Assembly: GCF_009914755.1 (NCBI RefSeq)
Contig: NC_060947.1
Source: the human T2T-CHM13v2.0 reference genome, Homo sapiens
DNA length: 64,000 bases
Direction: 5' to 3' (one strand)
The notes under the pieces are model-generated. The model saw only the letters and a list, made by a program, of their open reading frames with translations, ran no database searches and was not told the origin of the DNA. A program made the translations under genes and the position numbers. Shown one piece after another: positions 28,981 to 42,374 of this stretch. Numbering within the stretch: the first letter of the stretch is position 1; each line of letters opens with the position of its first letter.

Positions 28981-30189
28981 ACAGGAGACAGCAAAGAAAT
29001 TCCAGTCTTGCAATTAAATTCCAGTCTTGCAGCTGTCTCTGACCTCCTGGGAGGTATTTTTTCATTCTCTTCTGCAAAGGGGGAACTTGAGATGAAGTTT
29101 AAGAAGCACTACTAGGCCTGTGTAAGTAGCTACAATATGAAAGGTGCTCCTTGGAGTTGTGTCTTCCAGAAGCCTTAAGCTCTTTGAAGTTGTTAGGAGT
29201 AGTTTATACCTGGATGTGAATGAAAGATCTGAAAGGAAATTTTGGGGATTGTGAGTAGGCATTGTGTGTGATAAGGCTGAGAAGAGAAGAGTACTGAGTG
29301 GGAAGAATTGAGAAGCTGGGGCCCTTGATAATTCTCTTTTCCAATTTCACAGTTTGTTGGGGAAAAGATTGCCCTTTCTGGGACCTCTTTCCCCATCTGA
29401 TTCCCTCTGCATTTTATAGGATGTTGGCTGTACTTCTAAAAGTGCCCTCAGACGGGTTCTAGAGAAACAGATTAATCACTGGATCCTAACAGGTTTCATT
29501 TCTAGGGGTAAGGATGAGAGCACTGGACAAGAATTCTGATGCAGTAACCTCGTTTAAATTTTCTACGAAGTGTATGTGGGAGCAGCTGCCCCTGTAAGTC
29601 CCTTAGGCCAAGATCACTGAGACTTTTTCCCTCCCTCCTCCCCTGCCTGCTGTATTAGAAAAGTAACACCCAATGAGAGCACATTTCTTCCTTTACACCT
29701 TGAAAGCCAAAAGTAAGTGCAGTTTAAGTGGTATTTTCTATTCATTAGTGTATTTAGGATTTCTGGAGCTTTGCTTTGAAACCATTTCTGTAGGTGCTCT
29801 GGCCTGCCTCCTAACTCATCCTCCTCTCTTAATTTTTCTACAGTGCTCACATTCACTTCCTTTTAATCCTTTTATCCCCTTTCTTTACTTTCACAAAAAC
29901 CTTCTCCTCTATTCCCCCTGTTCAGAAAAGTCTCTCACTCACTTCAGAGTAGCTGCTCATATCTTTCCAACCCAAATCACTGTTTCTTGTTAATTTCACT
30001 CTAAAAATAATTGATACTCTACATGTGGTATCTTATTCACAACCAATGCTATCATAGTTCACTTGAATGAACTGCTTCCTCTATAAAAATTCATTCATTC
30101 TCTTGGCAATAATATTAACAATAATATTGGATAGTTAATTAAAATGCTTCTATTCCCAGCATAGGTAATAACCTATCAACGTATTTCCA

Positions 30190-30400
30190 GACATCAAAGT
30201 GTAGTAGTTGAAAGTACAGGTCATGGCATTGGACAGATTTAGCTTTGAATTATGACTCTACTGGTGACCTTGGAAAAGTCACTTCAACTCCCTGGATCTC
30301 TTATATGTAAAATGAGGACAATCATTTCCATGTACCAGAGTTATTATAAGAACTAAATAAGATGGTATCTGTAAAGTGCTAACAGATAAATGACAGCTTG
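30190..30400 (+). mobile_element. MIR SINE
   Basis: gtgtagtagttgaaag...ggtgaccttggaaaagtcacttcaac...tgtaaaatgagg. Confidence 0.7.
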
Positions 30401-31459
30401 TCATTAATAATCTACAATTCAGATTAGAAGTGATACAGATCCTGCCAAATGAGGAGCAGAGCTTGATTTTCAGCTGTAGAATAAGTTAATGTATTTTGGA
30501 GAAAATATCTCAGGACTCCTGGGAGAACCTTGGAAAAATTTCAGTTAAAGACTGTGTTCATTCCCTTAAGAAATGACACAGTAGGTTTAGAAAACAATTT
30601 GACCTAGTTTAGGAGGTCTTGCTGTATAACTTAAATAAAGCCCAGTTGCCTCATGGCCCCATGTCTCACAGTGTTACAATTAGAGGAACACAAATCCTAC
30701 ATACAGATTAACTGAAGAGCAGTTGAAATCTTCATTGCAAGCTCTCTCTAAAGTGCCAAAGACAGAGTACATTCATAAGGAACAGAAAGAGTTCTCCAAA
30801 ATCTCATTTCAATTTCCTGCATTCTCAGTATGTTCCAAACACCACAGCTGCCTCCAGGTCCTGTTTCTCCCCAACTCTGTCTCCCCAAACCTTTCTCACA
30901 AATAGAGCCCATGGATCCTCTCATGTCTTTTTTCTTCCCCCATCCCTTTTCCTTATACTAGCTCTTTATTTTGTAGGCCCACTTATCCAGATTCTACATC
31001 AAAAAGGAGGATTAGTAACATGCTCTAGATAGCCTGACCACCGTCAGGGAGTGCAGGGAATGTGTGTGTGCATACGTATGTGTGTTGAGGTGAAGATGGG
31101 TGTGTAGTGGGAAGTTGATTGCAAACACTTATTAATTAATGGCTTTTCTAGGTTCAGAGCAATTTAACTCAATTGAAATTGTACACTTACTCAAAATATG
31201 GTTGTTCAGGCTAGAAAGGACATTTTTTTTTCTCTTTTGGGTAGGAGTTTAGCAATTCACAGATGTAATACTGACCATATGGGACTATTCTGACTGGTGG
31301 CTATTTATGTTTTTTAGAAAAAAAATTGTTATCTTATGTATTTTAGTAAAAACAAAACAAAACAAAACCTCAAACCCCAGGGTCCACAGTTGTGGTAGTT
31401 AGGGGAGATAAGATGAGCTCTGAGTGGTGAAAGAAGTTTGAAAACCTCTGATGTGGTAC

Positions 31460-31620
31460 TTCATGCCCCACGCATGATTTTATTTAGTCTTCACAACACC
31501 CTGCACAGTGGGTGCTGTTATCTCCATTCTGCAGGTGAGGAAACTGAGAGTTACAGAAGTTAAGTATTTTGACTAATATCACTCAGATGAAGTTGGGGCT
31601 TTGTCCAAGAGCTGCATAAC
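31460..31620 (-). mobile_element. MIR SINE
   Basis: tcttcacaacaccctg...ccattctgcaggtgaggaaactgag. Confidence 0.7.
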
Positions 31621-31669
31621 TTTAAAATGACAGGTGGAATAAAATAAAGATTTTCAGATTGCTTCAGAA

Positions 31670-31670
31670 C

Positions 31671-31701
<31 letters not shown>

Positions 31702-31722
31702 ACTCTCTCTCTGTCTCTCTCT
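31670..31722. repeat. (CT)n microsatellite
   Basis: CT run with a few interruptions. Confidence 0.9.
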
Positions 31723-33589
31723 TTCAAATCCATATCTTATCTGAGAGGGTTAGATTGAAAAAGGTATGATTATCTGAAGGCCAAATTCAGTTATAGCGCT
31801 TGAGATGATGTTGCTCTGACAAGGACAGAGGAAGGAGAGGAGTGATTATTAAGGTATATAAGAACCAGCAAATGTCACTCAAATGACAAAGTCATAAAGA
31901 TGGATGTCAAAAGGAAATTTAAGAAAAAAAGGCAAAGAGGCTGAGGAGTTGAGTATTCTCAGCATGGAATTTAGAGGGGAAAGGGAGATCAAAAGGAAGT
32001 GGGGAAATTTTGATGCCTCTCATATACTAAACACTATAATATATATAAAGCTTATACGATGCTAATAGCTTATCACCAGACTGCCTGACTTTCACAAGGA
32101 TCCTGTGAGAAAGTTATGCTCATCATCATTGTATAGTTTTGCATTCAATTCTCCAGATATACAAATATCAGTTAAACGCCAAGTACTGGCTAGTGTGAAG
32201 AAACTGAGATTCAGAGAGATTAAGTAACTTGCCACTCCAAGGCAGAACCAAATCTTCAACCCATGTCTGACCAATTCTAAAACCCACCGTTCAGCACATC
32301 CCACCGGGGTTTTAAAAATTTAGGAAATAAGATAAAACTGATCAAGCAATTTCCAGTGCTAGTTTTCTGGGAGTTAAGTACAACTTCCTAACACCATATG
32401 TAATCCTAGTAATGGGAACTTTTTGGTCCTGGGAGTTCCCCATCTTGGTTTGCTGTTTGGTTGGAGGTGAGGATAAATACTGCAAAACAACAGAGGTGCT
32501 GCACCTATATAATGGGCAAAAGGGCCAAAAGGAGTAAATGAGGTAGTAGTGATGAGGAAGGGGATCCTGGTGAAAGCTACATGAAGGACTTTTGAAATGT
32601 TTGTGTTTCTGAGAAAATGATAAGCCATGGTTTCTTGGAAATTTTATCAGCTTTTGCAACTAGACAGGTTGTAAATATGAAAATGCTTAAATGATATAAT
32701 TAGCTTGCAATTTAACATTGATGTCACATCTCTCTCATTGGAGCCTTTCAGATTGTTCTTTTGTTTTCCTCATCAACGTGCTCTTTAGAAACATAAAGCA
32801 TTAATCACAAGGAACCTATTTTACCAGCCCCACTTTTCTCATACTCTCCCACAAATTTTAGGCCTTCTCCAGTTCTTCCTCTTTTCCATGCACACTATCT
32901 CTGACCAAGTCCCTTTTGGTGATTTGATGGAGAGGTGTCCCTGTTTTCTTCTGCCTTTCTTATGTACCTTCAGAGTAATTCCATGCCCCAAGATTCTGGA
33001 TTTGCAGGCTTTAAAATATTCCTTCATATTGTGAAGCCGTGAAGTTGGAAAACAATCATAGCCCATCATTGGCCATGATGAATATTTTCCTGTTGCCTCG
33101 AAATTAAGTATATAATGGCGGTCCTTACAACAAACTCTCCTGGGAGAAGCCATCAGGAGAAGCAGAAAAAAACCTTATATTGCTGAAGAGAGAAAGCTCC
33201 AGAAGTCAGGCCCCACGTGTTGGTGATTAGGAGAGCAGCTCTCCCTCCAGGAGCCACGTGACAAAGAGTTGAAATAAAGAATCATAGAAAGTAGATCTAG
33301 CAGGCTCCTTTGGCCTAGATATCCCCTCAGGGAGTGTTGAAGAGATGAGGTGGAGTGGATTGATTCATAAGCAAAGCCCATGGTTACACTGAGTGGTTCA
33401 GGGCCTCTCAAAATCTTCCAGCAAAATAGCTCCAGGGGAAGAACTCATGACCTCCCCCACGCTACTCCCACCTCTACTCTCGACAATACTGGAGATGTGG
33501 TCCAGTGCAGCCAAAAGTAAAACGTTTATTTGAAATCTGCCGTTTTCTTTTAAAAATTCATGTGAATCTGGCATTCTACCTCTTGTTTA

Positions 33590-34262
33590 TTTCATTTTGA
33601 TTTTATTCTCCTTTAGCCTCCACTCCCTTTCCCATTTTCCCCCCAACATATACAACCATCTTCATGTGTTTTGGAGTATCTTTTGATTTGAATGTGTTAT
33701 TCAAAATATATTGTTTTATGTGCATGCATTTTAATGTGTGGAAATGGCATTTATTACATGTCTCCTTTCAGTTTTTATCTCTTTCCTCTCAACACTGATA
33801 GAAGAACCATCCATGCTCTTTGTATACATCTAACCTGATGCTACACTGAGGCATTACACTCCAGCATGTACATCTGCCATGTTTCACTTGTTCACTCTCC
33901 CAGGGACAAGCACCCAGATGGCTGCCAACTTCCTGCCTCCCTAGACAAAGATGCAGAGAGTATCTTTGTACATGTCTACATATGGATTCATGTGCAACTT
34001 ACTTTGGAGTATATACTAGGAGAAGAATTGCTGGGCCATAGAATGTGTGTTTTCTTCATGAGACGGAGTTATGCCAGACTGCTCTTTGGAATGGCTGTAC
34101 CAACTTTAATGCCCACCTGCAGTGGAGAAGGGTTTGTTTCTCTTTTCCTTCATCCCTTCCAACCCTCCGCATTATCCAAATTTTTTACTTTTGCCAGCCT
34201 GAAATGTGTAAAGTGACAGCCCAGTGACTATTTTAATTTGCATATCTCTGATTATGAATGAT
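33590..34262 (-). mobile_element. Old L1 (L1MD/L1ME-like) antisense fragment
   Basis: gaattgctgggccatag...gccagactgctc...aatggctgtaccaact...ttttaatttgcatatctctgatta. Confidence 0.7.
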
Positions 34263-34399
34263 TCCTGTTTATATTAAATGACCAATCTATAGTAAAGTTG
34301 ATGCACCAAGAATCAAGAAGATTCAATAATCCTGTTGTTTTGGGTTCCCTTCATAAAACCTTAATGTGTTCCCTGGCTTAGGCATGTATTATTTTGAGA

Positions 34400-34530
34400 A
34401 GTGCAGCTGCTAGCTGTGTGATATTGGGAAAGTTGCTTTCCTTCTCTAGATCTCCACTTCCTCATCTATAAAGGAGGACTGGATTAGATAATCTCTAAGA
34501 GCCCTTCAGGGTTTAACATTTTGCAATTCA
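34400..34530 (+). mobile_element. MIR3-like fragment
   Basis: ctagctgtgtgatattgggaaagtt...cctcatctataaa...tggattagataatctctaag. Confidence 0.65.
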
Positions 34531-34536
34531 AATTAT

Positions 34537-34660
34537 TTAATGGGGACAATGTTTCCTATTTGAGTGGTGGTTACACTACAAGCCCAGACTTTACCGCTAT
34601 GCAATATATCCATGTAAAACCCTATGCTTCTACCTTTTAAACTCATACAAATAAAAAAAA
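34537..34660 (+). mobile_element. L1PB/L1MA 3' terminal fragment
   Basis: ggttacactacaagcccagactttaccgctatgcaatatatccatgtaa...aaataaaaaaaa. Confidence 0.75.
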
Positions 34661-35156
34661 GATGTCATCTTGAACTATTAAACGTTGCACTACCTCTTCT
34701 GTACTAACCGCTCCCCAACAAAAAATTAAAATCCATTGAGTTCATTTTTCTACATTTTACCAACTTATTCTCTACTAATAGTCCACATCCTTCCCTCCCA
34801 CTTCTCCCAACCAGAGAAGCAAACTGCCTTTTTACACTCTGTCCCTGACATGTGAAAAGAATGACACTAATTTGTTCCTGCTGTTCTTTAGTTTCCCACA
34901 CAGCATTTGCCCAAATTACAGACCTATCAACTCCACTGCCCAATCAGAACAAGGGGAAGATTAAAAGACAAGCTTGAGCTCAGCCACATGTCGCTGTAAA
35001 TACAAAATGCAAAGGGGGCTAATAATATAACATTATGATCTGAAAACCACATAGTACTCATTATTCTTTGCACCAAATAAAGGTCATTTATGTCTCTTTT
35101 TTGCGGACGGTGGGAGGGAGCAAATAATGTCTAAACCTTCTCTGATTCAGTCTTTA

Positions 35157-35453
<297 letters not shown>

Positions 35454-35769
35454 TTACTGGGCAGTCAGGGCTTAAACAAGGGAAACTATTGCTTTCTTGA
35501 TGTTGAACGACTAGTGCAGAATAAAAGCCATGTTTCCCCCAGCTAACTTGGCCATGGACTCTGCCTTTCCTTGAGTATTTTGAGTGTTTGTAGACCATGC
35601 TGCTCCCTGGAACTCTGCCTCCTGGGACTGCTGTGTGAATCAAATTTGATGGTGCCAGGTAAATCAGTGTACCTACTTTTAAAGCACCAGGTGTATGCAA
35701 GGAATGGGGAGGAGCTGCTATTTATTACATATGTGTCAGACATGGTGCTCAACTGTTCAAATGCACCAC

Positions 35770-35940
35770 GTATTATATTTGAAATGGTGTGAGAAAGGCA
35801 CTTTTACATCCATCTTATAAATGAGAAGGCTGAGTCACAGAGGTTAAATAACATGCTAATGGTCACACATCTAGTAAGTGGTAGAGTTGGGACTCAAAGG
35901 TCTGTCTGATTCCAAAGCTTATGCCCTTGCCAATGCTCAT
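35770..35940 (-). mobile_element. MIR SINE
   Basis: aaatgagaaggctgagtcacagaggttaaataac...ggtcacacatctagtaagtggtagag. Confidence 0.78.
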
Positions 35941-36229
35941 TCTGCTTTTTCTCAGAGCTTCAATAGCATCCAACAACTTTATTTGTGGATGTTGCTTCAA
36001 CAATGACATAGGAAGTTCCTAAAGGGAAATAGCTCTTGTATCTGAATATGCTGACCACTGATGCTCATTGCAACAACACACAGCACTTATTTTCAAAATA
36101 TTTATTGATCATCGTGTGTGTGTCAAGCAAAACATCACCAACCAAATTCTACAAACCACTCTAATTTATAAATACCTTTTGGACTTCTGTTCCACTTTTC
36201 CCCCAACCCCCAGGTTGCTTTAGGCCATG

Positions 36230-36530
36230 TATGCCAGAACCTATCACAGTCTTTCTCAATCTTGTATCTCAGAAACATGGAACTTGCTCTTTTGCCTATC
36301 TGGAACATTTTTCCTCTCAGGCTAAATGTCACCTCATTAGAGAGACCTTCCTTAAACATCTTACCCAATATGGAAGTTCCTTTTACTCCCTATGCTCTAC
36401 TATTCTTAATTTTTCTCCATTGTACTTACCATCATCAGATTTGTACATTGTCTATTTTGTTCATGTATTCCCCGCTATCTAGAACAATCCCTGGCACACA
36501 TGAGGTACTCAATATTTGTGAATGAATAAG
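36230..36530 (+). mobile_element. L2 3' end
   Basis: ctaaatgtcacctc...agagaccttcc...cctggcacacatgaggtactcaatatttgtgaatgaat. Confidence 0.75.
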
Positions 36531-37539
36531 GAAATTATTTTCACCATTGAAGGAGCTTATATGTGCCTATTTTAATTATACCATCATCATTTTGATAAGT
36601 AAAACAAAACATGTATGATTAGGTTATTGTATAATGTTATTAGCAGTCATCTAAAATAGCTTTCTTAAGAGTTATTTTTCTTACTGAACTACCTATACTG
36701 AAGCTTCTTCTTATTCTTTACATGGCTTCCCATTTAGTAGCTTCTTTAAGTAAGACACTTCAATTACATGGTGGAAACATTATAGATGATGGAATCTCAA
36801 CACCCCCCACCCCAATTCAGACATCATTACCTTAATTGCTCTTTATAAAAAGCTTGACTTTTTATATCTACAAAAGAGACTTTTCCTTCAGAAACTTTCA
36901 AGCCCTGGGTTATTGATTACTGACAGCCAGATTTCATAACAGCCTATAAATAGAGAACAGAATGAATTAATCAACTTAAGAGAAAAAGATGAGGGGAGAG
37001 GGAGAGGAAGAGAACATTCTAAAGTCTTTTTAGTTCTTCCAAGGTCAGCACTATAGACAAAAACTGAGATTTCCTACATGGGAGCTCAGTAAAGAAATAC
37101 TACAGGCTTGGGTTGAACTAAACATGTGCAGGACCTTTGTGTGAAGCTTTCTAATGGGTGCAAGTTTCCAAAAAACTGACGTTGTAATCAGATTCAACTT
37201 TTGTAGACTAACAGTTTATTATAAAGATACTTGACCTCTGGATGTCTCTTTTAGGCCCATGAATGGTGAGGAATAGTGAAGGTCCCAGATATTGTAAAGT
37301 CTAGTTAGTTCTTTGTGCTCTTCATGCATTGTACAGTACCCACTGCTTAGTCAGAAAATGGGTTCCCCTCCATTGCTTCCTTTTGCTTTTCTTCTTTAAT
37401 GGAAAGGCCATTCAAAATTTTAAGAGCATAGACAAGGTTAATGGACATACTGAAGTATCTGTACACTGCGCCCTTTCCTTCCTGTGTAGGGCACTCTCCA
37501 TAGTAATAGAAAGAGTAACAGCAAAACTTTATTCATTTT

Positions 37540-37915
37540 TATATCTTTATTTTTATTGAGACATAATTTATGTAAAATAAAGTGCATGTATTTTAAATAT
37601 ATAGTTCTATGTGTTTATATGAATTTATACACCCAGATAACTGCCACCGTAATTAAGACATGAGACATTTCCACCGCCCCTATAAATTTGCTTATGCCTC
37701 TTTCCATCAATTCCTTCCACCACATAGACAGCCATTAATCTGATTTTGCCACTGTAGATTAGTTTTTCCTGCTCTAAGGATTTGTATAAATGGAATTATA
37801 TAGTCTGTAGTCTTTCATTTTTTTTTCTTTCACTCAATGTTTTTGAAATCTATCCGTGTTGTTGAGTATATCTCTAGTTTGCTCCTTTTTATTGCTGAAA
37901 AGTATTCTCTTGTAT
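37540..37915 (-). mobile_element. L1MC/L1ME 3' fragment, antisense
   Basis: ttttattgagacataattta...aaatggaattatatagt...ttttattgctgaaaagtattc. Confidence 0.72.
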
Positions 37916-37920
37916 AGGAG

Positions 37921-38575
37921 TCATTACAAATCATTACAACATGTGGTGTTTTGTGTCTAGCTTCTCTTACTGATTCGTTCTTTGCAGAAATGGAGAGCCA
38001 AAAGAATTAGAAATTGAAACTTGGGGAAAGAACTTGGGATTCCAAAATGGGATAGAGGCAGTGTAGGTTAGGATCTTGGCAGCAGCCAAAGTGGACTATT
38101 TTGAGATCAACAGAGTGATCTGTGGGAACCTTCAAACTGAGACATATGCTGAGTTGCAGTGACAGTATCAAAAGATCTCTATATATGAGGGATATAGAAT
38201 AGTCATCATTAGGAGATCCGGGTCGTATTACCATGTTTCCCTTGGAAGGACTGGTCTTGATGCCTCCCCCTGGTAATTGCTGTTGTTAAGCCTCTTGTGT
38301 TTCCTGAATGTGCTCACAGATTGCATTCTTGAGTTTTACTCCGTAATTCTTGAACCAAACCTGCAGTGCCGTTGGATGTATGACCATTTTTGAAGCTGTT
38401 TATTTCTGAAGGCTTGGGTTTTGGTATGGGTTCTTATTAAACAAGATATTCAACACTTCCACTTGTTTCTCGGTGAACATAATACTTTCATTGCTTCTGG
38501 TGCTAGCCTTTAGGAAGGATCTCTGAGCCTGACATTTAGTTTAGATGTGTTCCTATGTTCAAGTCCAGTGGCAAG
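37921..38575 (-). pseudogene. DPRX: Processed pseudogene of DPRX (divergent paired-related homeobox)
   Basis: ATG at 38535. Reads MSGSEILPKG*HQKQ / frameshift / IMFTEKQVEVLNILFNKNPYQNPSLQK*TASKMVIHPTALQVWFKNYGVKLKNA...LKVPTDHSVDLKIVHFGCCQDPNLHCLYPILESQVLSPSF. This is colinear with human DPRX as I recall it (MPGSEDLRKG...MFTKKQLEDLNILFNENPYPNPSLQKEMASKIDIHPTVLQVWFKNHRAKLKKA...IVHFGCCRDPNIYCLYPILESQV). No intron at LQ|VWF. Several in-frame stops plus a frameshift. The symbol given is the parent gene; the DPRXP number is not determined. Confidence 0.93.
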
Positions 38576-39317
38576 AAGCTAGCAGAATGTTGAAAAAGAA
38601 CATCAAGTAATTTGTTTTCTGTGTGGAGAGATAATAGACCAGATGTTATTAATGATGGAAGTAAAGAAAAAGAAACAGTGAGGTGATTAAAGGGGTAGAA
38701 GCTACTCAAATTTGTTAGTTGAGCCATGTGTCTGGAATTTCAGTTCAAGGATAAGAGCTTCTTCACTCTAACTACAGTTAATAAGTCTATGACCTTATTA
38801 GCTACAAGCTTCACTTTGTGGCTTCAAAGTCATATTAACACAAATGACTTAAATTCCAGTTTTCTTACCCACCCCCCACATAGGATCAATGGAAAATTAA
38901 ATCTCACATGTACTGGTTTATCTGTCTTTAAACATTTCCATATATTTATGTAAAAAGTGTTTAGCTTTGCTCCTAAAAGAGGGAGGGGAGTAGGGGCATA
39001 TGTGTAGCTCAGGGAAGATAATGGTTATTATAGACTCATTAAACACTGGAGGAAGACTGAAGGTAGCTATCAAAACAACATTCACCTCATCTTGGGTTTG
39101 TAAGGCCTGCTTTCAGGGAACTATTTGTTTCCTTCTATGTTGAGCAACAATTTGCTGTATGGTATTTTCTGGGGTTATGGATTCACAGATTGAGTGGAGA
39201 AGCTTCCCTAGGTATAATGAAAAAAATTAAAATGGCTATTATACTTTGCTACTAACCTGACTATTCTGAGGTTCCTCCCACCAATATAGCATTGTATTAA
39301 AATAGAAAATAAAATTT

Positions 39318-39681
<364 letters not shown>

Positions 39682-40579
39682 CTAAATGTTTGAATGCCTA
39701 CAAAGACAGACGTATTGTAGTAACTGGTTTTATATATCTATTTAATTTAATCTTCTCATAACCCTATGAAGCGAGGATGATGAAACTCATGGATGGAGAG
39801 ATTGGTAAATTGCCAGAAGTCAAACAACTACGTAATAGTAGAATTGGGAGTGAACATGATCTTTGAATCTAAATTCCACATCTCATCTTTCCTGTACAAC
39901 TCCCCTGTTAAACAATATGTTTCAATGGATTGAACAAGTCACTATATATTACATACATGTATGAAAATTTCTCATGTACCCCATACATTTGTACAATAAA
40001 TAAATAAAATCTTCTTTTAGAAACTCCACAGTGAGAAAGTGCAACATTAATTTATCAGCGACTATTCAATCCAACTATATATTTTTTCCAGAGTAGACTA
40101 TAATGCTTTTTTCAACCCTTAATTTTTATGATCATAATTGGGTTTCTGAAGGACTACTGAGTAGTTAAAATCAAAGTTTTAGTAAAGCAACAAAAAGTGT
40201 AGCTTTTCTCCCCTAATAACTTTGTGGCATTTTCAGTGACTAAAAGAGTCTTGCATTTGCATTTGCTAGGTGAGTCGTACAGGAAGTTTGTTATTACCTC
40301 TCTTATCCCACTTAACCAAGGTCATTCTTCTTCCACCAATTTTAATACTATATATCAAAGTAAGATAAGGACATCATCTTTTCATTAATGATTTGCCTAA
40401 GGTAAGGCGCTTTTCATTTTTTTTTTTTGTAGAGGATATCTTAGAGTTATTATGGATGTTTCTTCATTTCCGACTACTAGAATGCTATAGTTTTATATAA
40501 TAATAATGATATTTCTTGTTGGTGTAATCTCTTAAATTCACAGAACAAAGCACATTCACGTACACTGTCTCATTTCAGC

Positions 40580-41930
40580 CTTAATGTAATTTTGTATATT
40601 CATTTTAAATGTCATGTGTAGAGATATATATACATGAATATCTAATTTTATGTAAGTGTGATCATTACCTGCAGGTTTATTTTTTCCCTTTTCTTTTTTC
40701 CTTGGCTCTCATTTCTCTTCCTCTTTCTGTTTCATTAGGTAACCCATGATAAACCATGTTGCCCTTAGGATATATTCTTTGACACTGTTTCATGCTCATA
40801 CATGTACACACATATATAGGATTTCATCATTATTTTTTAACGGGGTTGTACTATGCATACTTTTTTTGTATCTTGCATTTCTAAATTAAGAATACTTCTG
40901 AGAAATATCTTCGGCCATCTAGGATAACAGCAGTATATTAGTTTTAATTGCTGTCTAATATTCTATGAATTAGATGTACTATAATTTATTCAGCCTTCAC
41001 CCAATAGAGGAAATTATCTAATTTATTCCAGGTTTGTGTTTCTGTTTGACACTGTAAAGAATACTGCAATAAACATGCTTGTACACATGCTTTTACTACA
41101 ATGGAATAAACTACAATGAATGGGATTGCTGAGTTGAGTAAATTAATATTTTATTTCAATAGATGTTTCCAGATTGCTTTCCAAAAACGCTGTAAAACTT
41201 CACATTTCCACCAGCAATGTATGGGTGTTATTTGATTTTCAACTTTGTCAGTTTGATGGGTTTATTGTGTTACCTCATTTTAACTTTAATTTGCATTTTC
41301 CTGACTGCTAGTGAATCTTTTTGTCTGTTAGCTTTTTTGGATTTACTCTTCAATGAGTTGATTATTCATTACTTTTGACCATTTTTTCTATTGAATTGTT
41401 TGTCAATTTTCTTTCGCTTTGAAAGAACTCTTTGTTTATGTGTAATAACCTTGTGTCTTTTATCAGCATTACACATTTTTGTTTATGATATTTTAGCTTA
41501 TATTTTAGCATATAGAAGTTTTGAATTTTATTTTATTTTATTTTATTTATTTTATATTTTATTTTTTCTTTTGAGACAGAGTCTCACTCTGTTTCCCAGG
41601 CTGGAGTGCAGTGGTAGGATCATGGCTCACTGCAACCTCGACCTCCCTGACTCAAGTGATCCTCCTACCTCTCAGCCTCCAGAGTAGCTGGGACTACAGG
41701 CACATGCTCCATCCCCAGCTAATTTTTGTATTTTTTGTAGAAATGGTTTGCCATGTTTCCCTGCCTGGTTTTGAACTCTTGGGCTCAAGCGATCTATCTG
41801 TCTCAGCATCCCAAAGTGCTGAGATATCAGGCATGAGCCACCATGGCCAGGCTTGAATGTTAAATGATCAAATATATCTATCTTTTGTTCTAAAGAGTAT
41901 AGCTTTCCTAGATTTTTCATATACTGTCTA
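40580..41930 (-). mobile_element. Old L1ME-like antisense fragment (interrupted by AluJ)
   Basis: gggattgctgag...ccagattgctttccaaaa...ccaccagcaatgtatg...ttaatttgcattttcctga. Confidence 0.65.
41526..41853 (-). mobile_element. AluJ
   Basis: gatcatggctcactgcaacctcgacctcc, gggctcaagcgatc; flanks ttgaat... on both sides. Confidence 0.88.
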
Positions 41931-41984
41931 GTTTATAACCTGTAGTGTCCTGAGTTTTTCCAATGATATGATTGTACTATTAAT

Positions 41985-42365
41985 ATTTTATAAAGCTATA
42001 ATTAACATACCAGAAAATTCACTCGTTTAAACTGTATATTCAATGCAGAAATTTTTAGTGTGTTCACAAGGGTGTGCAACCATCACTACTACTTAAGTCC
42101 AGAATAGCTTTATCACTCCACAAAGAAATCTTGTGTACATTTTAAGTGACTCCATATCTTCCTTCACTCCAAGTGATGGTAATCTTTAATGTATTTTCTA
42201 TGGATTTGGCTATTCTGGACATGTCATATAAATAGAATCATACAATATGTGGCCTTTCGTATCTGGCTTCTTTCACTCAGTGTGTTTTCAAGGTCCATCC
42301 ATGTTGTAGCATAAATCAGTACCTTATTTCTTTTTGTGGCTGAATAATATTTCATTGCATGGATT
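41985..42365 (-). mobile_element. L1MB-like 3' fragment, antisense
   Basis: gtgtgcaaccatcactact...tattctggacatgtcatataaatagaatcatacaatatgtggcc. Confidence 0.78.
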
Positions 42366-42374
42366 TTGTTGATT

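Noticed and set aside
32839-33153. 104-aa minus-strand ORF in unique sequence
   Set aside because: No recognisable domain or splice context; the length is within chance expectation.
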